Notes: generated from the letters alone by a model not told the origin. 64,000 nt of DNA from an uncultured delta proteobacterium (GCA_963699755.1 CAVOVB010000003.1:512001-576000); one strand, 5' to 3'; shown: positions 9,216-20,006, counted from the first letter of the stretch. Made by a program: numbers and translations.

Positions 9216-10634
9216 TTATTCCTCGCAGTCGACCGGCCGCCAGCCTTTTTCCGTGACGATTGGCATGTTCGTCGCTTTCTCGAGGCCGGCGATGGCGAGG
9301 TTGTATTCGGCGGTGGCCATCAGATGTTTCGAGCGCGCGCCGAAGTAGGCGGAGACCGCATCCACCAGCTCTCTCGCGGTCGTCGTGCCGACCTCGTACC
9401 CCTGGCCCGCGGAGACGTACCATTTTCGGGATTCCTTCTCCGAACGCGACCAACTGGCGACGCGCCGCTTTGCATCCTGGAGCTGCTCGTAGAGGTCGGT
9501 CACTTCGAGCCCGATGCCAAGCTCCGCTTCTTCGGTCTTGCTTTTCAGGGATTCGATCTCCGCCTTCGCCGCTTTGACCCGCGCGTAGGTTCCGCCGAAG
9601 TCGAGCTTCCATCGGGCGACGAGACCGGCGAAGGCGCCGGCGAAGTTGCCCCGGTCGATGATGAACGGGTTGTTGACGTCGGTGATGCCGGGCGTTCTCG
9701 CGAAGGTGGCGCGCAAGGCGAGGATGATGTCGGGAAGGTAGCCGGCTCGCTTGACCACGAGGTTGGCATCTCTCGCGGAACGCGCCGCTTCGAGCTGATG
9801 CATCTCTGGGCGACTCTCGATGGCCCGCTCGACTTGCTCGCTCAACTCGAGGACCTCGCTCTGTACGGTTTGCAGTGGGCACTCGGGAACGATGGCCGGT
9901 TTGATGCCCGAAAGGATCTCGAGCGCGGCACGAGCCGAGGCTTCCAGGCGCAGGGCTTCCGACTCCCGCGACTCGATTTCGGAAAGGGCCGAGACCAGAC
10001 GCCAATAGTCGGTTTGTTTCACCCGTGGGTCGTCGGCTTCGAGGCGCGCGCGGAGCTTGTCGACAGCAGTCCGGAGCTTGTTCTTGCCCTCGGAGAGCAT
10101 TGCCTGGAGGTCGAGCGATAGCTGGGTGCCGAAGTAGGCGCGGCGCACGTCGAACACCACGCGCGAGAGCGTTCGGTCTCGTTCGTATTCGGCTGCGCTG
10201 ATGCCCGCCCTCGCGGCCTTCTTACCGGCGCGATACTTGCCAAAAGTGTAGATCGGAATGCCGCCCTCGATCCCTACCTCGCCGCCAGGACCCCAACGGT
10301 TCGCCCAGGGGATCTGAGGGTCGGGGCTGAATGCGGCCGTGCCCCGGGCGCCCGGAGCCACGAAGAACCTCGCCTGCCCTTCGAACTGCATAAACGGTGA
10401 GAGCTTCGCCTCACTCAATCGGGCTTGCGCCGCGTCGATGTCGGATGAGGCCGCCTTGAGGCCCGGATAGCGAAGGATCGCCGCTCGTGTGAACTCATCG
10501 ACGTGATACACTCGAGCAGGCGTCGATTGATCGACGAGAAGCCCCTGGTCACCTGGGGGCATTTCTTGCGCGACCAATTCCGCTGCGACACAGAGCGTCG
10601 ACGCCGTCACCGCGAGCGCGCAGAACCTGACCAT
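9216..10634 (-). CDS. TolC family outer-membrane efflux protein
   Basis: Signal peptide, two OEP repeats (VRRAYF; YEVGTTTARELVDA; YNLAIAGLEKA). Confidence 0.85.
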   Translation of the reverse strand: MVRFCALAVTASTLCVAAELVAQEMPPGDQGLLVDQSTPARVYHVDEFTRAAILRYPGLKAASSDIDAAQARLSEAKLSPFMQFEGQARFFVAPGARGTAAFSPDPQIPWANRWGPGGEVGIEGGIPIYTFGKYRAGKKAARAGISAAEYERDRTLSRVVFDVRRAYFGTQLSLDLQAMLSEGKNKLRTAVDKLRARLEADDPRVKQTDYWRLVSALSEIESRESEALRLEASARAALEILSGIKPAIVPECPLQTVQSEVLELSEQVERAIESRPEMHQLEAARSARDANLVVKRAGYLPDIILALRATFARTPGITDVNNPFIIDRGNFAGAFAGLVARWKLDFGGTYARVKAAKAEIESLKSKTEEAELGIGLEVTDLYEQLQDAKRRVASWSRSEKESRKWYVSAGQGYEVGTTTARELVDAVSAYFGARSKHLMATAEYNLAIAGLEKATNMPIVTEKGWRPVDCEE

Positions 10635-10679
10635 GCGCTTTTGTAGCTGGAAACGCGCGCCTGGGCCACGAATGGGCAG

Positions 10680-11267
10680 TTACTTGGGCTTCTTGGCCCC
10701 GCCGCCTTGCTTGGCGCCGCTGCCCTGCTTGGCGCCGCCGCCTGACTTGGCCTGCTGGTTGTAGCGCTGGATCAGAATGTCTGTGAGATCGAGGTTCGCG
10801 GGAACCCAAACGACGCCACCCTCGTTGGCTTCGATGATCATCGTGTAGCCGTCGGTCTGTCCAATGCGTCGAAGAATCTCCTGCATCTTCTCGAGGATCT
10901 TCTGAGTGAGCTCGCCCTCCTTCGTCGAGAGCTCCTGCTGATACTGCACGTACTCGTTCTGCAGCTCCATCAGGTCGGCCTGGTACTTCTCGACCTTCTT
11001 CTTGAGCGCATCCTGGCTGAGGACGTCCTGCTGACGTTCGAGGCTTTCCTTCTGTGCCTTCAGGGCTTCCTGCTTCTCGTTGAGCGATTGCTGCCGCTCG
11101 TCGAAGACCTTCTTCAAGCGGCGCTTGGCCTGGCGGCCGTCTTCGGTTTCGTTGATCGCGCGTTGGAGGTCGACCACGCCGATTTTGGTCTGTGCGTCGA
11201 CGGTGATCGCCGATCCGGCGAGAACGACGGTTGCCAAAGCGAAAACGACGATTCTACAAAAGCGCAT
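10680..11267 (-). CDS. skp: OmpH/Skp periplasmic chaperone
   Basis: KIGVVDLQRA, long coiled coil, LDLTD; downstream of bamA. Confidence 0.9.
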   Translation of the reverse strand: MRFCRIVVFALATVVLAGSAITVDAQTKIGVVDLQRAINETEDGRQAKRRLKKVFDERQQSLNEKQEALKAQKESLERQQDVLSQDALKKKVEKYQADLMELQNEYVQYQQELSTKEGELTQKILEKMQEILRRIGQTDGYTMIIEANEGGVVWVPANLDLTDILIQRYNQQAKSGGGAKQGSGAKQGGGAKKPK

Positions 11268-11291
11268 TGGAGCATCCTTTCAAGCCCGGCC

Positions 11292-11320
11292 TAGCTAGCT
11301 GTTTGGCGCGAGGCGGTCAA
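11292..11320 (-). promoter_or_regulatory. Putative promoter of skp (TTGACC-N17-TAGCTA)
   Basis: Exact 17-nt spacer, intergenic, 24 nt upstream of start. Confidence 0.5.
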
Positions 11321-11360
11321 GCCGCAGGACTTGTACGCCCGTGCAGAGGGTTTGATTCGG

Positions 11361-13955
11361 TCAGAACGACTGGCCGATGGTGAACTCGAAGCGAATCGGG
11401 CTGTCCTGGGGACGGCGCCGAATCGGGATACCCCATTCGAAGCGGAGTGGACCCAGCGGAGAGAACCATCTGAGCCCAAAACCGACTGAGTACCGCAAGA
11501 AGCCGCTGATGCCGCAGGGGGTCGAGGAACGATCGGCCTCGGGCGCCACGGGCGCCTGGCAGTTGCCGAACTGATCCCTGAACGAAAAGACGTTCCATGC
11601 GTTGCCGCCGTCGGAAAAAATCACGGCCCGAATGCCCACCGCCTCGATGAGCGGGAATTCGAACTCGATGTTGTAGAAGGCCTGGAAGTCGCCTCCGATG
11701 GGGCGGCCTTCGAAGGCGATCGGGAGATTCGGGTCACCAGCCGACGCCACGCCAGCCTGCGGGCCCACCGATTGAAGTCGGTAGCCTCGAATCGTGTAGA
11801 TACCGCCGAGGTAGAAGCGCTCGAAGACCGGAACCTCCTTGCGCGAAGTGATCAAGCCCAGCTCGGCGTTCACCTTGAAGACCACTGGGCCGAACACCTT
11901 CTTGTAGTATCGCGCGAACGCTGTTTGTCGGACGAAGGTGTTGTCGGAGCCGAGGTATTGGTCCGCGAGCTGAACCGCATAGTTTGCGAAGACACCGCCG
12001 GTCGTCGAAATGCGGTTGTCACGGTTGTCCCAGTTGAGGGTGAACCGCAGAGAGCTCGTGATGCCGTCACGGAAAGCGTTGGCGATGAAGATATTCGAGA
12101 ACGTGTTCGCGAGCTGGCCGCCGAGGCCGAGAAGGTTTCCTCGGGGCTGCGAAATCTTCACGTTCTCGAACTCGTACCGCAGGAAGATTCGGAATCGCGG
12201 ATTGAAGAGGGGATGGCCGGTGGTGATGTTGGCACCGGTCGAGTCCTGACGGAAGTCCCGGAAGTCCCTGATGCGCTTGAAAATGCCGAAGCCGAGACTC
12301 CATTCGGAGCCGAGGAACCAGGGCTCGACGAAGTCCAGGTCGATCTGTTGCCGAATGCCCGAAACCTGCAAGTTCAAGCCAAGTGACTGACCGCGGCCGA
12401 AGAGGTTCTGCTGCTGGATTTGCGCCGTGACGATGAAGCTTTCGAGCGACGAAAAGCCAGCGCCGACCTGGAACGTACCGGTTGGCTTCTCGGCGACTTC
12501 CACGTTGATCACCATTTGGTCGCGCGCCGTTCCTTCTTCCTCAGAGACGTCGACCCGTTCGAAGTAGCCGAGCTGATTCACCAGCGCGCGCCCATCCTCG
12601 AGCTTGGTCTGGTTGTAGAGATCGCCCTCGCTGATCCGAAACTCGCGGCGAATTACGGCGTCGCGGGTCTTGGTGTTGCCGCGCACATGGAGGCGCTCGA
12701 TGTAGACGAGTGGCCCTCGCAAGATGTTGATCGTCACGTCGACCAGGTGATTGGCCTCGTCGAGGTCAGTGCCCGGGACCATCTCGACCAGGGCATATCC
12801 CGAGTCGCGATAGGCCCGGCTGATGCCTTCGATGCCTTCGGCGATCTTGCTCCGGCTGAACCAGTCTCCGGATTGAAGCTTCACCATCTCGCGGAGCTCT
12901 GCCTTGGGGGCGATGGTCTCCACTTCGTTGCCCGCGCCGTCGGTCTCCATGACGTCGAATTCCCGAATCCGGAAGCGTGGGCCTTCCTCGACCGGAATCG
13001 TGATGTCGACGAAGGCGCGGTCTGCGGTGAGCTCCACCGTGGGGCGGCCTGGACGCATCATTAGGTAGCCCTTGTCGTAGTACCAGGCCTGGATGCGGGT
13101 CAGGTCCTCGTCGAAAGCGGAGCGGCTGAACTTGTTGCGGTCGCTCAAGAACGAGAACATGCCGGTTTCGTTCGTCTGCATGATCTTCAGCAACTCCGCG
13201 GAAGGGATCTCCTTGTTGCCCACGAAGCTGATGCGCCGGACCTCGACCTCGGCGCCTTCGTCGATTTTGAAGATCACGTCGACCTGGTTGGTGTCGCCGG
13301 AAACTCGTTTGAGCTCGTACTCGACGTCCGCGAGAAAGAAGCCTTCCTCGCTGTAGAGCTGGCGTACCGCATCGGCCTGCGATTCGACATCGGGCACCGA
13401 TAGAATCGTTCCGGGCTCGAGCGTAACGGCCTCGTCGATGTCGTCCTTGTCGACTTCGTCGTTGCCCTTATAAATGACGCTGCGAATCGCGGGACGCTCG
13501 ACGAGACGAACAGTGAGCTTGATGCCTGCGCCGAGCGGGTCGGACTCGAACTGCAGGTCGTCGAAGTAAGCCATGTTCCAGAGCGCCTTGGCGTCTCGGG
13601 TGACAGCCGGGTCGGTGCAGATCGAGCCTCTCCGAAGTTTCATCGTGACTCGAACGTCATCGGGATCGACGCGCCGCGCGCCGATGATGACGATGCGTCG
13701 AATCTCTTTGCCGTGACAGCTCGTTCGTGGAACCCGAATCGCTGCATCCGGATCCTCGACCGGCTCGTAGTCCTCGCCTTCTTCCGGATCCTCCTCTTCG
13801 GGAATCGGTTCAGGCGGTCGCTGCGGGGTCGGGGAGGTCCGAATAGGACGGGTCGCCGGAGGCGGTGGCTCCGGGATGCTGTCCCCACTCTGAGCGCCCG
13901 CCACAGAAGCGAGCCCTGCGAGCATCAGGGCTATGGCAGGGGCGGATGGGCGCAT
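11361..13955 (-). CDS. bamA: Outer membrane protein assembly factor BamA
   Basis: POTRA repeats (GNTKTRDAVIRRE), FYLGGIYTIRGY, WFSPLGPLRFEWG, terminal F. Confidence 0.96.
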   Translation of the reverse strand: MRPSAPAIALMLAGLASVAGAQSGDSIPEPPPPATRPIRTSPTPQRPPEPIPEEEDPEEGEDYEPVEDPDAAIRVPRTSCHGKEIRRIVIIGARRVDPDDVRVTMKLRRGSICTDPAVTRDAKALWNMAYFDDLQFESDPLGAGIKLTVRLVERPAIRSVIYKGNDEVDKDDIDEAVTLEPGTILSVPDVESQADAVRQLYSEEGFFLADVEYELKRVSGDTNQVDVIFKIDEGAEVEVRRISFVGNKEIPSAELLKIMQTNETGMFSFLSDRNKFSRSAFDEDLTRIQAWYYDKGYLMMRPGRPTVELTADRAFVDITIPVEEGPRFRIREFDVMETDGAGNEVETIAPKAELREMVKLQSGDWFSRSKIAEGIEGISRAYRDSGYALVEMVPGTDLDEANHLVDVTINILRGPLVYIERLHVRGNTKTRDAVIRREFRISEGDLYNQTKLEDGRALVNQLGYFERVDVSEEEGTARDQMVINVEVAEKPTGTFQVGAGFSSLESFIVTAQIQQQNLFGRGQSLGLNLQVSGIRQQIDLDFVEPWFLGSEWSLGFGIFKRIRDFRDFRQDSTGANITTGHPLFNPRFRIFLRYEFENVKISQPRGNLLGLGGQLANTFSNIFIANAFRDGITSSLRFTLNWDNRDNRISTTGGVFANYAVQLADQYLGSDNTFVRQTAFARYYKKVFGPVVFKVNAELGLITSRKEVPVFERFYLGGIYTIRGYRLQSVGPQAGVASAGDPNLPIAFEGRPIGGDFQAFYNIEFEFPLIEAVGIRAVIFSDGGNAWNVFSFRDQFGNCQAPVAPEADRSSTPCGISGFLRYSVGFGLRWFSPLGPLRFEWGIPIRRRPQDSPIRFEFTIGQSF

Positions 13956-13978
13956 CGTTCGGACTAGCGATCCGGGCG

Positions 13979-14007
13979 GCTATAGCCGCGGCCTAAGAGG
14001 GGGTCAA
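13979..14007 (-). promoter_or_regulatory. Putative internal promoter of bamA (TTGACC-N17-TATAGC)
   Basis: Exact 17-nt spacer; -35 overlaps lolD stop codon. Confidence 0.5.
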
Positions 14008-14720
14008 GCAGGTTTTCCTTGGTTTTCAAGGGTTTGAGAGCGGCGCTCGTCCGAATCGATGCGCCCGTCTTTCATCGAAACCCGCCTCGGCATCATGTCG
14101 GCGAAGTCGCGGCTGTGGGTCACGATCAGGAAGGTGATCCCATGTCTTCGATTCAAATCGAAGAACAGCGAATGCACCGATTCGCTGGTTTGGCTGTCGA
14201 GGTTGCCGGTAGGCTCATCGGCGAGCACGAGCTTGGGCTCCATCAAAAGCGCCCGTGCGAGTGCCACGCGCTGCTGCTCCCCGCCTGAGAGCTCGCCGGG
14301 CCGGTGTGTGAGGCGATCGCTCAAGCCGACCTCGTCCAAAAGGAGCCGGGCGCGATCTTCAAAGCGTCGCCCTCCCTGTATCAAGCCCGGCATCATCACG
14401 TTCTCCAATGCGGTGAACTCCGGGAGCAGATGGTGAAATTGAAAGACAAAGCCAATGCTTCGGTTTCTAAACTGTGCGAGATCCGAGCTTCCTAGCTGGG
14501 TGACGTCCTCTCCGGCATAGAGAATTCGGCCCTGCGTCGGGAGGTCGAGCGTGCCGATCAAATGCAACAGGGTGCTCTTGCCGGCGCCAGAAGGGCCGAC
14601 GATCGTGACCATCTCGCCGCGGCCGATGTCGAGATCGATCCCCTTGAGAACTTGTAGCGACCGGCCTTCGTGCTCGAAGGTCTTGGTCACGTTTTGAACG
14701 GAAACGAGAGGATCGGTCAT
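14004..14720 (-). CDS. lolD: Lipoprotein-releasing ABC transporter ATP-binding protein
   Basis: [39 protein letters not shown]. Confidence 0.92.
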   Translation of the reverse strand: MTDPLVSVQNVTKTFEHEGRSLQVLKGIDLDIGRGEMVTIVGPSGAGKSTLLHLIGTLDLPTQGRILYAGEDVTQLGSSDLAQFRNRSIGFVFQFHHLLPEFTALENVMMPGLIQGGRRFEDRARLLLDEVGLSDRLTHRPGELSGGEQQRVALARALLMEPKLVLADEPTGNLDSQTSESVHSLFFDLNRRHGITFLIVTHSRDFADMMPRRVSMKDGRIDSDERRSQTLENQGKPA

Positions 14721-14735
14721 CGAAACTCGGAGGCG

Positions 14736-16799
14736 TTAGTCGTAGCGGAGCGCGTCGACGGGCCGTACCCGACTCGCTTGATACGCGGGAAAGAGGGTGG
14801 CCGCCAGGCATACCAGCACGGTCGCGCTACCCACCAGGGCGAACTCTGTCGGATCGAGGTGCACCGGGAGCTTGTCGATGTAGTAGACCTCTGGATTCAT
14901 CCGAATTCCAAAGTGTTCCGCTGCGAATGTGAGGACGAAGCCCAGCCCCAGACCCATCAAGCCGCCTGCCGCTCCGATCAGCAGACCCTCGACCACGAAA
15001 ATCCGAATCACGCTGCGCGCCGAGGTCCCCATGGCTTTGAGGATTCCGACCTCCCGTCGCTTCTCCTGGACCAAAAGGGTGAGGGTGCCGAAGACCGAGA
15101 AGCCCGCGATGAGGATGGCGATGCCAAGGGTGATGAACATCGCGAGCTTCTCGAGGGCTAGGGCGCCGAAGAGCTGCTGGTTCATCATCTTCCAGTCACG
15201 CACGCGGAGGCCATCAAACCCCATCGCGGCGGCGAGGTCTGCGGCGAGGGCGGGCGCGCGTTCGACTTCCTCGACCTTGACTTCGACGCCGCTGATGCGG
15301 CCCTCGGACCGAAGGAAGCGCTGGGCCACCTCCAGGTCGATGTAGGCGTGCTTCATGTCGTACTCGTACATGCCGCTGTAGAAGATAGCGGCGATCCGGA
15401 AGGGGCGAGTCCTGGGGATGGGGCCGGTAGGGCCAAGATCGCCACGCGGGGAGACGACGGTGACGCGATCGCCGACGACGAGCCGGAGCGCCCGGGCGAG
15501 CTCTTGGCCGACGATGAGGCCGGGCATGCTCTCTTCGCCTTTCTCTTCCTTGGCCTCTTCGGGGAGGCCGCGGGCGGCTGTACGCTCCGCGCTCTGAATC
15601 ATCGCGTCGAGGGGACCGGCGTCGGTCGTGTCGAGCGATGAGTCGAGGATGCGCTCAGGGTGCTGCAGGTATTCGAGCTTGCCGTGCGTGAGGTTCTGTG
15701 CGAGGTCGGTGACCTCCGACACCGTTTCGGGATCGATGCCGCGAAGGATCGCGCCGGCGCGGTTCGACAGGCTCGAAACCATCACCTCGACCTGAAGAAA
15801 GGGAGTCGCCCCAACCACTCCCTCGGTGTCGCGGATCCGCTTCAGGAGCGGTTGCCAGTCATCGAGCTCCTCGTATGCCTTGTCGATCACGATGTGCGCG
15901 TGGTTGCCGAGGATCTTTTTCTTGAGGTCGGCCCGAAACCCGCCCATCACGCTGAGCACCGAGATCAACATGCATGAGGAGACGGCGACCGCGAGAATCG
16001 AGAGCGTGCTACTCGCGGCGAGGAAGCCCGTCTTCTTGGCGCGAAGGTGGCGTGCGGCGACCATCGAACGGAAGCCGATTCGTTCGAAGAGCGAAAGGAG
16101 CGGGCCGACCAGACGCAGGATGACCCGGATGGCGAAGATGGTGGTGACCGTGACGCGAACGACCGCGCGGAGCAGACCGGTCTCGTCGGCGTCGGAAGGC
16201 GATATCGGAAACAAGGAGGTGACGAGGAGGAAGGCGATGACGAGCGCGGCGTCGAAGACCCACCAGAAGCGGCGGCGGCGCGCGGCCGGCACGAGAAACC
16301 AACAGGACATGCTCAGGACGACGAGTAGCGGCGAGCTGATGCTCTGAAGCGTCGTCGCAGTCTGATGGAGCGTGGGCACCCAGGAGAGATCGAGGTCGGA
16401 GTAAGCGAGGTGGGTCAGGCCGAAGAGCAGGCTCGGGACCGTGCCGCCCAGTACGTGGCCGACCGAGACCTTCGCGGCCCAGACCAGAACCCCGACCGCG
16501 GCGCTCGTGATCACGGCATGCAGGGCCACGGTGATCGCCAGAGCCACGGTGCGGGCACGTCCGCGTGTGCCGCGTGGCAACCAGGCCGCGCGCTGAAACA
16601 CGCCCAAGCTCAGCAGCAGCAAGCTGAGTTGCACGGTGGCCCAGCCGATGGCGAGCCGCGCCCAGAGGAAATCGTTCTCGAGCGAGGCTTGAAACCATTG
16701 ACTGCTCGTCGCGCCGAACGCCAGAACGGCTGCGACATGCAAGACCCCGAAACTGCAGAGGACGGCTGTCCAGAAGCCAAGCGGCCGGGCTCGGCTCAC
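14736..16799 (-). CDS. LolC/E family permease with long N-terminal multi-TM extension
   Basis: VLSVMGGF, GMYEYD, LEKLAMF, EVGILKAMG, YYIDKLP, ATLFPAYQAS; about 240 extra hydrophobic aa at N-terminus. Confidence 0.88.
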   Translation of the reverse strand: MSRARPLGFWTAVLCSFGVLHVAAVLAFGATSSQWFQASLENDFLWARLAIGWATVQLSLLLLSLGVFQRAAWLPRGTRGRARTVALAITVALHAVITSAAVGVLVWAAKVSVGHVLGGTVPSLLFGLTHLAYSDLDLSWVPTLHQTATTLQSISSPLLVVLSMSCWFLVPAARRRRFWWVFDAALVIAFLLVTSLFPISPSDADETGLLRAVVRVTVTTIFAIRVILRLVGPLLSLFERIGFRSMVAARHLRAKKTGFLAASSTLSILAVAVSSCMLISVLSVMGGFRADLKKKILGNHAHIVIDKAYEELDDWQPLLKRIRDTEGVVGATPFLQVEVMVSSLSNRAGAILRGIDPETVSEVTDLAQNLTHGKLEYLQHPERILDSSLDTTDAGPLDAMIQSAERTAARGLPEEAKEEKGEESMPGLIVGQELARALRLVVGDRVTVVSPRGDLGPTGPIPRTRPFRIAAIFYSGMYEYDMKHAYIDLEVAQRFLRSEGRISGVEVKVEEVERAPALAADLAAAMGFDGLRVRDWKMMNQQLFGALALEKLAMFITLGIAILIAGFSVFGTLTLLVQEKRREVGILKAMGTSARSVIRIFVVEGLLIGAAGGLMGLGLGFVLTFAAEHFGIRMNPEVYYIDKLPVHLDPTEFALVGSATVLVCLAATLFPAYQASRVRPVDALRYD

Positions 16800-18403
16800 T
16801 CGGCCTCCGGGCGGAGCAATGGAAAGAGCAACACGTCTCGAATCGACGGCTGGTTGCAGAGGAGCATCACTAAGCGATCTACACCGAGGCCGAAGCCGGC
16901 CGCTGGCGGCATACCGTGCGAGAGTGCCCGAATGTAGTCGGCATCGAAGTCCATGGCTTCGTCGTCGCCGCGCTCCCGGTTGCGGAGCTGTGAATCGAAG
17001 CGATCAGCCTGCTCGTTCGGATCGTTGAGCTCGCTGAAGGCGTTGCTCAGCTCGCGCCCGTCGATGAAGAGCTCGAAGCGGTCGACGTAGGCCGGGTCGT
17101 CGTCGTTGCGACGCGCGAGGGGCGACACTTCCCAGGGGAACTCGGTAATGAAGACGGGAACCGACTGGGCGCCGTTGGGCGTCCGGTACATCGCGGTGAG
17201 ATCCGGCTCGACGAGAAGCTCGAAGACCGCGAACACGCGCTCGCCATGCGTCTCGCAATCGCGGAGCTGCTTCTGCGCTGCAAGGTCGAGCTTGGGCGAA
17301 ATGGCACTGCACGCCGCTGCGAAAGCCTCTTCGTCGTCGATAGCGTCACGAGAGAGCACTTCAGCCCAGGGCGTCTCGGGAACCTCATCCTGTCCTGCGC
17401 GGGCAAGGCGGTCTCCGATCGCCTGGCGCATGCGGACCCGCCTCCAATCGGCTTGGAGATCGAAGCTCCGCTCACCGACGAGGCCTGGAAACTTGGCCCG
17501 TAGGTCCGCGTCGACCGCGCGGAGCATGTCGACGACTAGATCCATCAGGTCCTCGAAGGTGGCGTAGGCCATGTAGAACTCGAGGATGGTGAACTCAGGG
17601 TTGTGCTTGGTGCTGATGCCCTCGTTGCGAAACGTGCGGCCGATTTCGTAGACGCGGTCGAAGCCACCGACGAGCAGTCGCTTGAGATAAAGCTCCGGAG
17701 CGATGCGCAGGATCAGCTCCAGGTCGAGGGCATTGTGGTGCGTGTGGAACGGCTTGGCCGTGGCGCCTCCACGAATCACATGCAGGAGGGGCGTTTCGAC
17801 CTCGAGGAAGCCCAGGCAGTCGAGGAAACGTCGAAGCGAGTGCACGATGACGCTGCGCGCGCGGAACACTTCGGCAACGGCCGGGTTTGCGAACAGATCG
17901 ACGTAGCGCTCGCGGTAGCGCTTCTCCACGTCTTTGAGGCCGTGCCATTTGGCGGGTGGCGGCAAGAGCGCTTTGCCCAGATGCTCGTAGCAGCGGGCAC
18001 TCACCGCGAGGGCGCCGGTCTTGGTCCGGATGGTCGGACCCTCAACCAGGACGTGGTCGGCAAGGTCGAGAAGCTTGAGCAGGGCCGCATCGCGGTCGCT
18101 GAGGCTCTCGGGCCGCACCAGCGCCTGCGCGTCGCCGTGCGGGGTACGGATCACGAGGAAGGGGCCGCGCTTAGCGACCACGCGGCCGAAGAGCGCAACG
18201 TGTGGCGCGTCGTCGACGAGCTCGTCTTCGAGTGGCAGCTTGGCGCAGGCCTCTTCGTCTGCGGCGAGTAGGACGAGGCGGCGGCGCTGGTCTTCGAGGG
18301 CAGGGTTGCTTCGCCAGGTGTTCGGGTAGGGCAGGATCCCCAACTCGCGCAGGCGTTCCGCTTTGTTCAACCGCGTTTGTCGCAGCTCGTCTTCGGTGGC
18401 CAC
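16796..18403 (-). CDS. lysS: Lysine--tRNA ligase (class II)
   Basis: RYRERYVDL, GGATAKPF, LRIAPELYLKRL, FRNEGISTKHNPEF, GLGVDRL. Confidence 0.97.
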   Translation of the reverse strand: MATEDELRQTRLNKAERLRELGILPYPNTWRSNPALEDQRRRLVLLAADEEACAKLPLEDELVDDAPHVALFGRVVAKRGPFLVIRTPHGDAQALVRPESLSDRDAALLKLLDLADHVLVEGPTIRTKTGALAVSARCYEHLGKALLPPPAKWHGLKDVEKRYRERYVDLFANPAVAEVFRARSVIVHSLRRFLDCLGFLEVETPLLHVIRGGATAKPFHTHHNALDLELILRIAPELYLKRLLVGGFDRVYEIGRTFRNEGISTKHNPEFTILEFYMAYATFEDLMDLVVDMLRAVDADLRAKFPGLVGERSFDLQADWRRVRMRQAIGDRLARAGQDEVPETPWAEVLSRDAIDDEEAFAAACSAISPKLDLAAQKQLRDCETHGERVFAVFELLVEPDLTAMYRTPNGAQSVPVFITEFPWEVSPLARRNDDDPAYVDRFELFIDGRELSNAFSELNDPNEQADRFDSQLRNRERGDDEAMDFDADYIRALSHGMPPAAGFGLGVDRLVMLLCNQPSIRDVLLFPLLRPEAE

Positions 18404-18417
18404 TTGCTAGTCCTCTG

Positions 18418-19564
18418 CTACTCGTCTCGGGGGTCGCCCGCCTTCTTCTTTTTCTTTGCGGCGTTCATCAGGAGATAGGTTTCGATGAACTCGTCGAGGT
18501 CGCCATCGAGGACGGCTTCGGCGTTATTGACCTTGTGATCGGTGCGCTCGTCTTTGACCATCGTGTAGGGCTGCAAGGTGTAGGTGCGCACCTGTGAGCC
18601 AAACGCGATGTCGGAGCGGTCGCTGAGAAACGCCTCTTCGAAAGCCTCTTCACGCTCCCGCCGGGCCTTCTCGAAGAGCAAGCCGCGGAGCATCTTCAAG
18701 GCGGTTTCGCGGTTCTGATGTTGGGAGCGCTCCGCTTCGCAGCGGACGGTGAAGCCCGAGGGGACGTGCTTCATTCGCACCGCGGACTCGGTTCGATTGA
18801 CGTGCTGGCCGCCGGCGCCGCCCGAGCGCATCGTGCTGACCTCGAGGTCTTCGTCGCGGATTTCGATCTCGCCCTCGCTGAGCTCGTCGCCGAGGTCGGG
18901 CACGACACTCACGCTGGCAAACGAGGTGTGCCGGCGCTTGTTGGCGTCGAAGGGGCTGATGCGGATCAGCCGGTGGACCCCGTTCTCGGCGCGGAGGTAG
19001 CCGTAGGCGTTGGGCCCGCGCGCGACGAAGCTTGCGTCTTTGATCCCGGCTTCGTCGCCGGCCTGCTTGCTCAGAAGCTCCGTTTTGAACCCGCGGCGCT
19101 CGCACCAGCGCAGGTACATCCGCAAAAGAATGTCGGCCCAGTCCTGCGCCTCGGTCCCGCCGGCACCGGGATTGATGGTGACGATCGCGTCGGTGTCGTC
19201 GTCCTTGGTGAGCATCCGCTTGAGCTCGAGGCTCCGGACTTCGGCCTCGATCGAAGGGAGCTGACTGGCGACATCGGCCACCACGCCTTCGTCGCCCTCG
19301 CTCGCCGCGAGGTCCAAAAGCTCGAGCAGGTCATTCGCTTCGCTATCTACCTTTTCGAATTCATTGAGGGTTTCCTCGGCAGATGCGCGCTCCCGCATCA
19401 GTTTCTGAGCCCGCTTCTGATCGCCCCAGAAACCCTCCGCGCCGCTCAAATTGCTCAGGCGGTCGATTTCGTGGCGAAGACCATCGAGGTCAAAGATACC
19501 TCCCCAGCGCCTGCATGCGCTGTACGAGGTCGTGGAGCTTTTCGCGGCATTCCCCTGGAGTCAT
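18418..19564 (-). CDS. prfB: Peptide chain release factor 2, programmed +1 frameshift after codon 24
   Basis: MTPGECREKLHDLVQRMQALGRYL then GGGAGG TAT CTT TGA C at 19504-19489; second frame has SPF and GGQ motifs. Confidence 0.96.
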
Positions 19565-19577
19565 CGGTCTGCGCGCG

Positions 19578-19606
19578 GACGTACCGCGGTGGCATGGTGC
19601 TGTCAA
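19578..19606 (-). promoter_or_regulatory. Putative promoter of prfB operon (TTGACA-N17-TACGTC)
   Basis: Consensus -35, 17-nt spacer, 13 nt from ATG. Confidence 0.55.
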
Positions 19607-19632
19607 AGGGGTCGCGGATATACAGGGCGTAC

Positions 19633-19882
19633 CGGGGCGCGGAAAAAAACGCGTCACGGGGTTGCGTCGAACGGGGCGCCTTGCAGAGGTGGCCGGAGGG
19701 GCTGGGGGCCTGAGGCCACGCAAGGCGCCCCTCCATAAGGTGACAGGCCGAACCAGGCTCCCCAACAGCAGGCGGCAGCGCGAGCCCGCAGGGCGAAGCC
19801 CGGCGCGAATGCGCCGGCAAGGCGCAGCGAAGCGACCGCCGCGCCAGGTGGGGGTGGACGGGCGGTGTAACTAAACCTCACC
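19633..19882 (+). repeat. Dispersed repeat copy B: module 1 (19633-19674) plus module 2 (19761-19882)
   Basis: Direct similarity to 8106-8150 and 8323-8456. Confidence 0.85.
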
Positions 19883-20006
19883 ACGCACCCAACTCAAGAT
19901 CCGCCCCCCCAAAACCGCGGCGGCCCACGTCGCTCGCGCGTCGCGCTCTTCACACCCGCACGATTTGCCTTGTCTTTGCGGGGGCTTTCCGGTTCACTTG
20001 CCGGCC

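Noticed and set aside
18418..19564. prfB as a pseudogene
   Set aside because: The break is the canonical programmed frameshift
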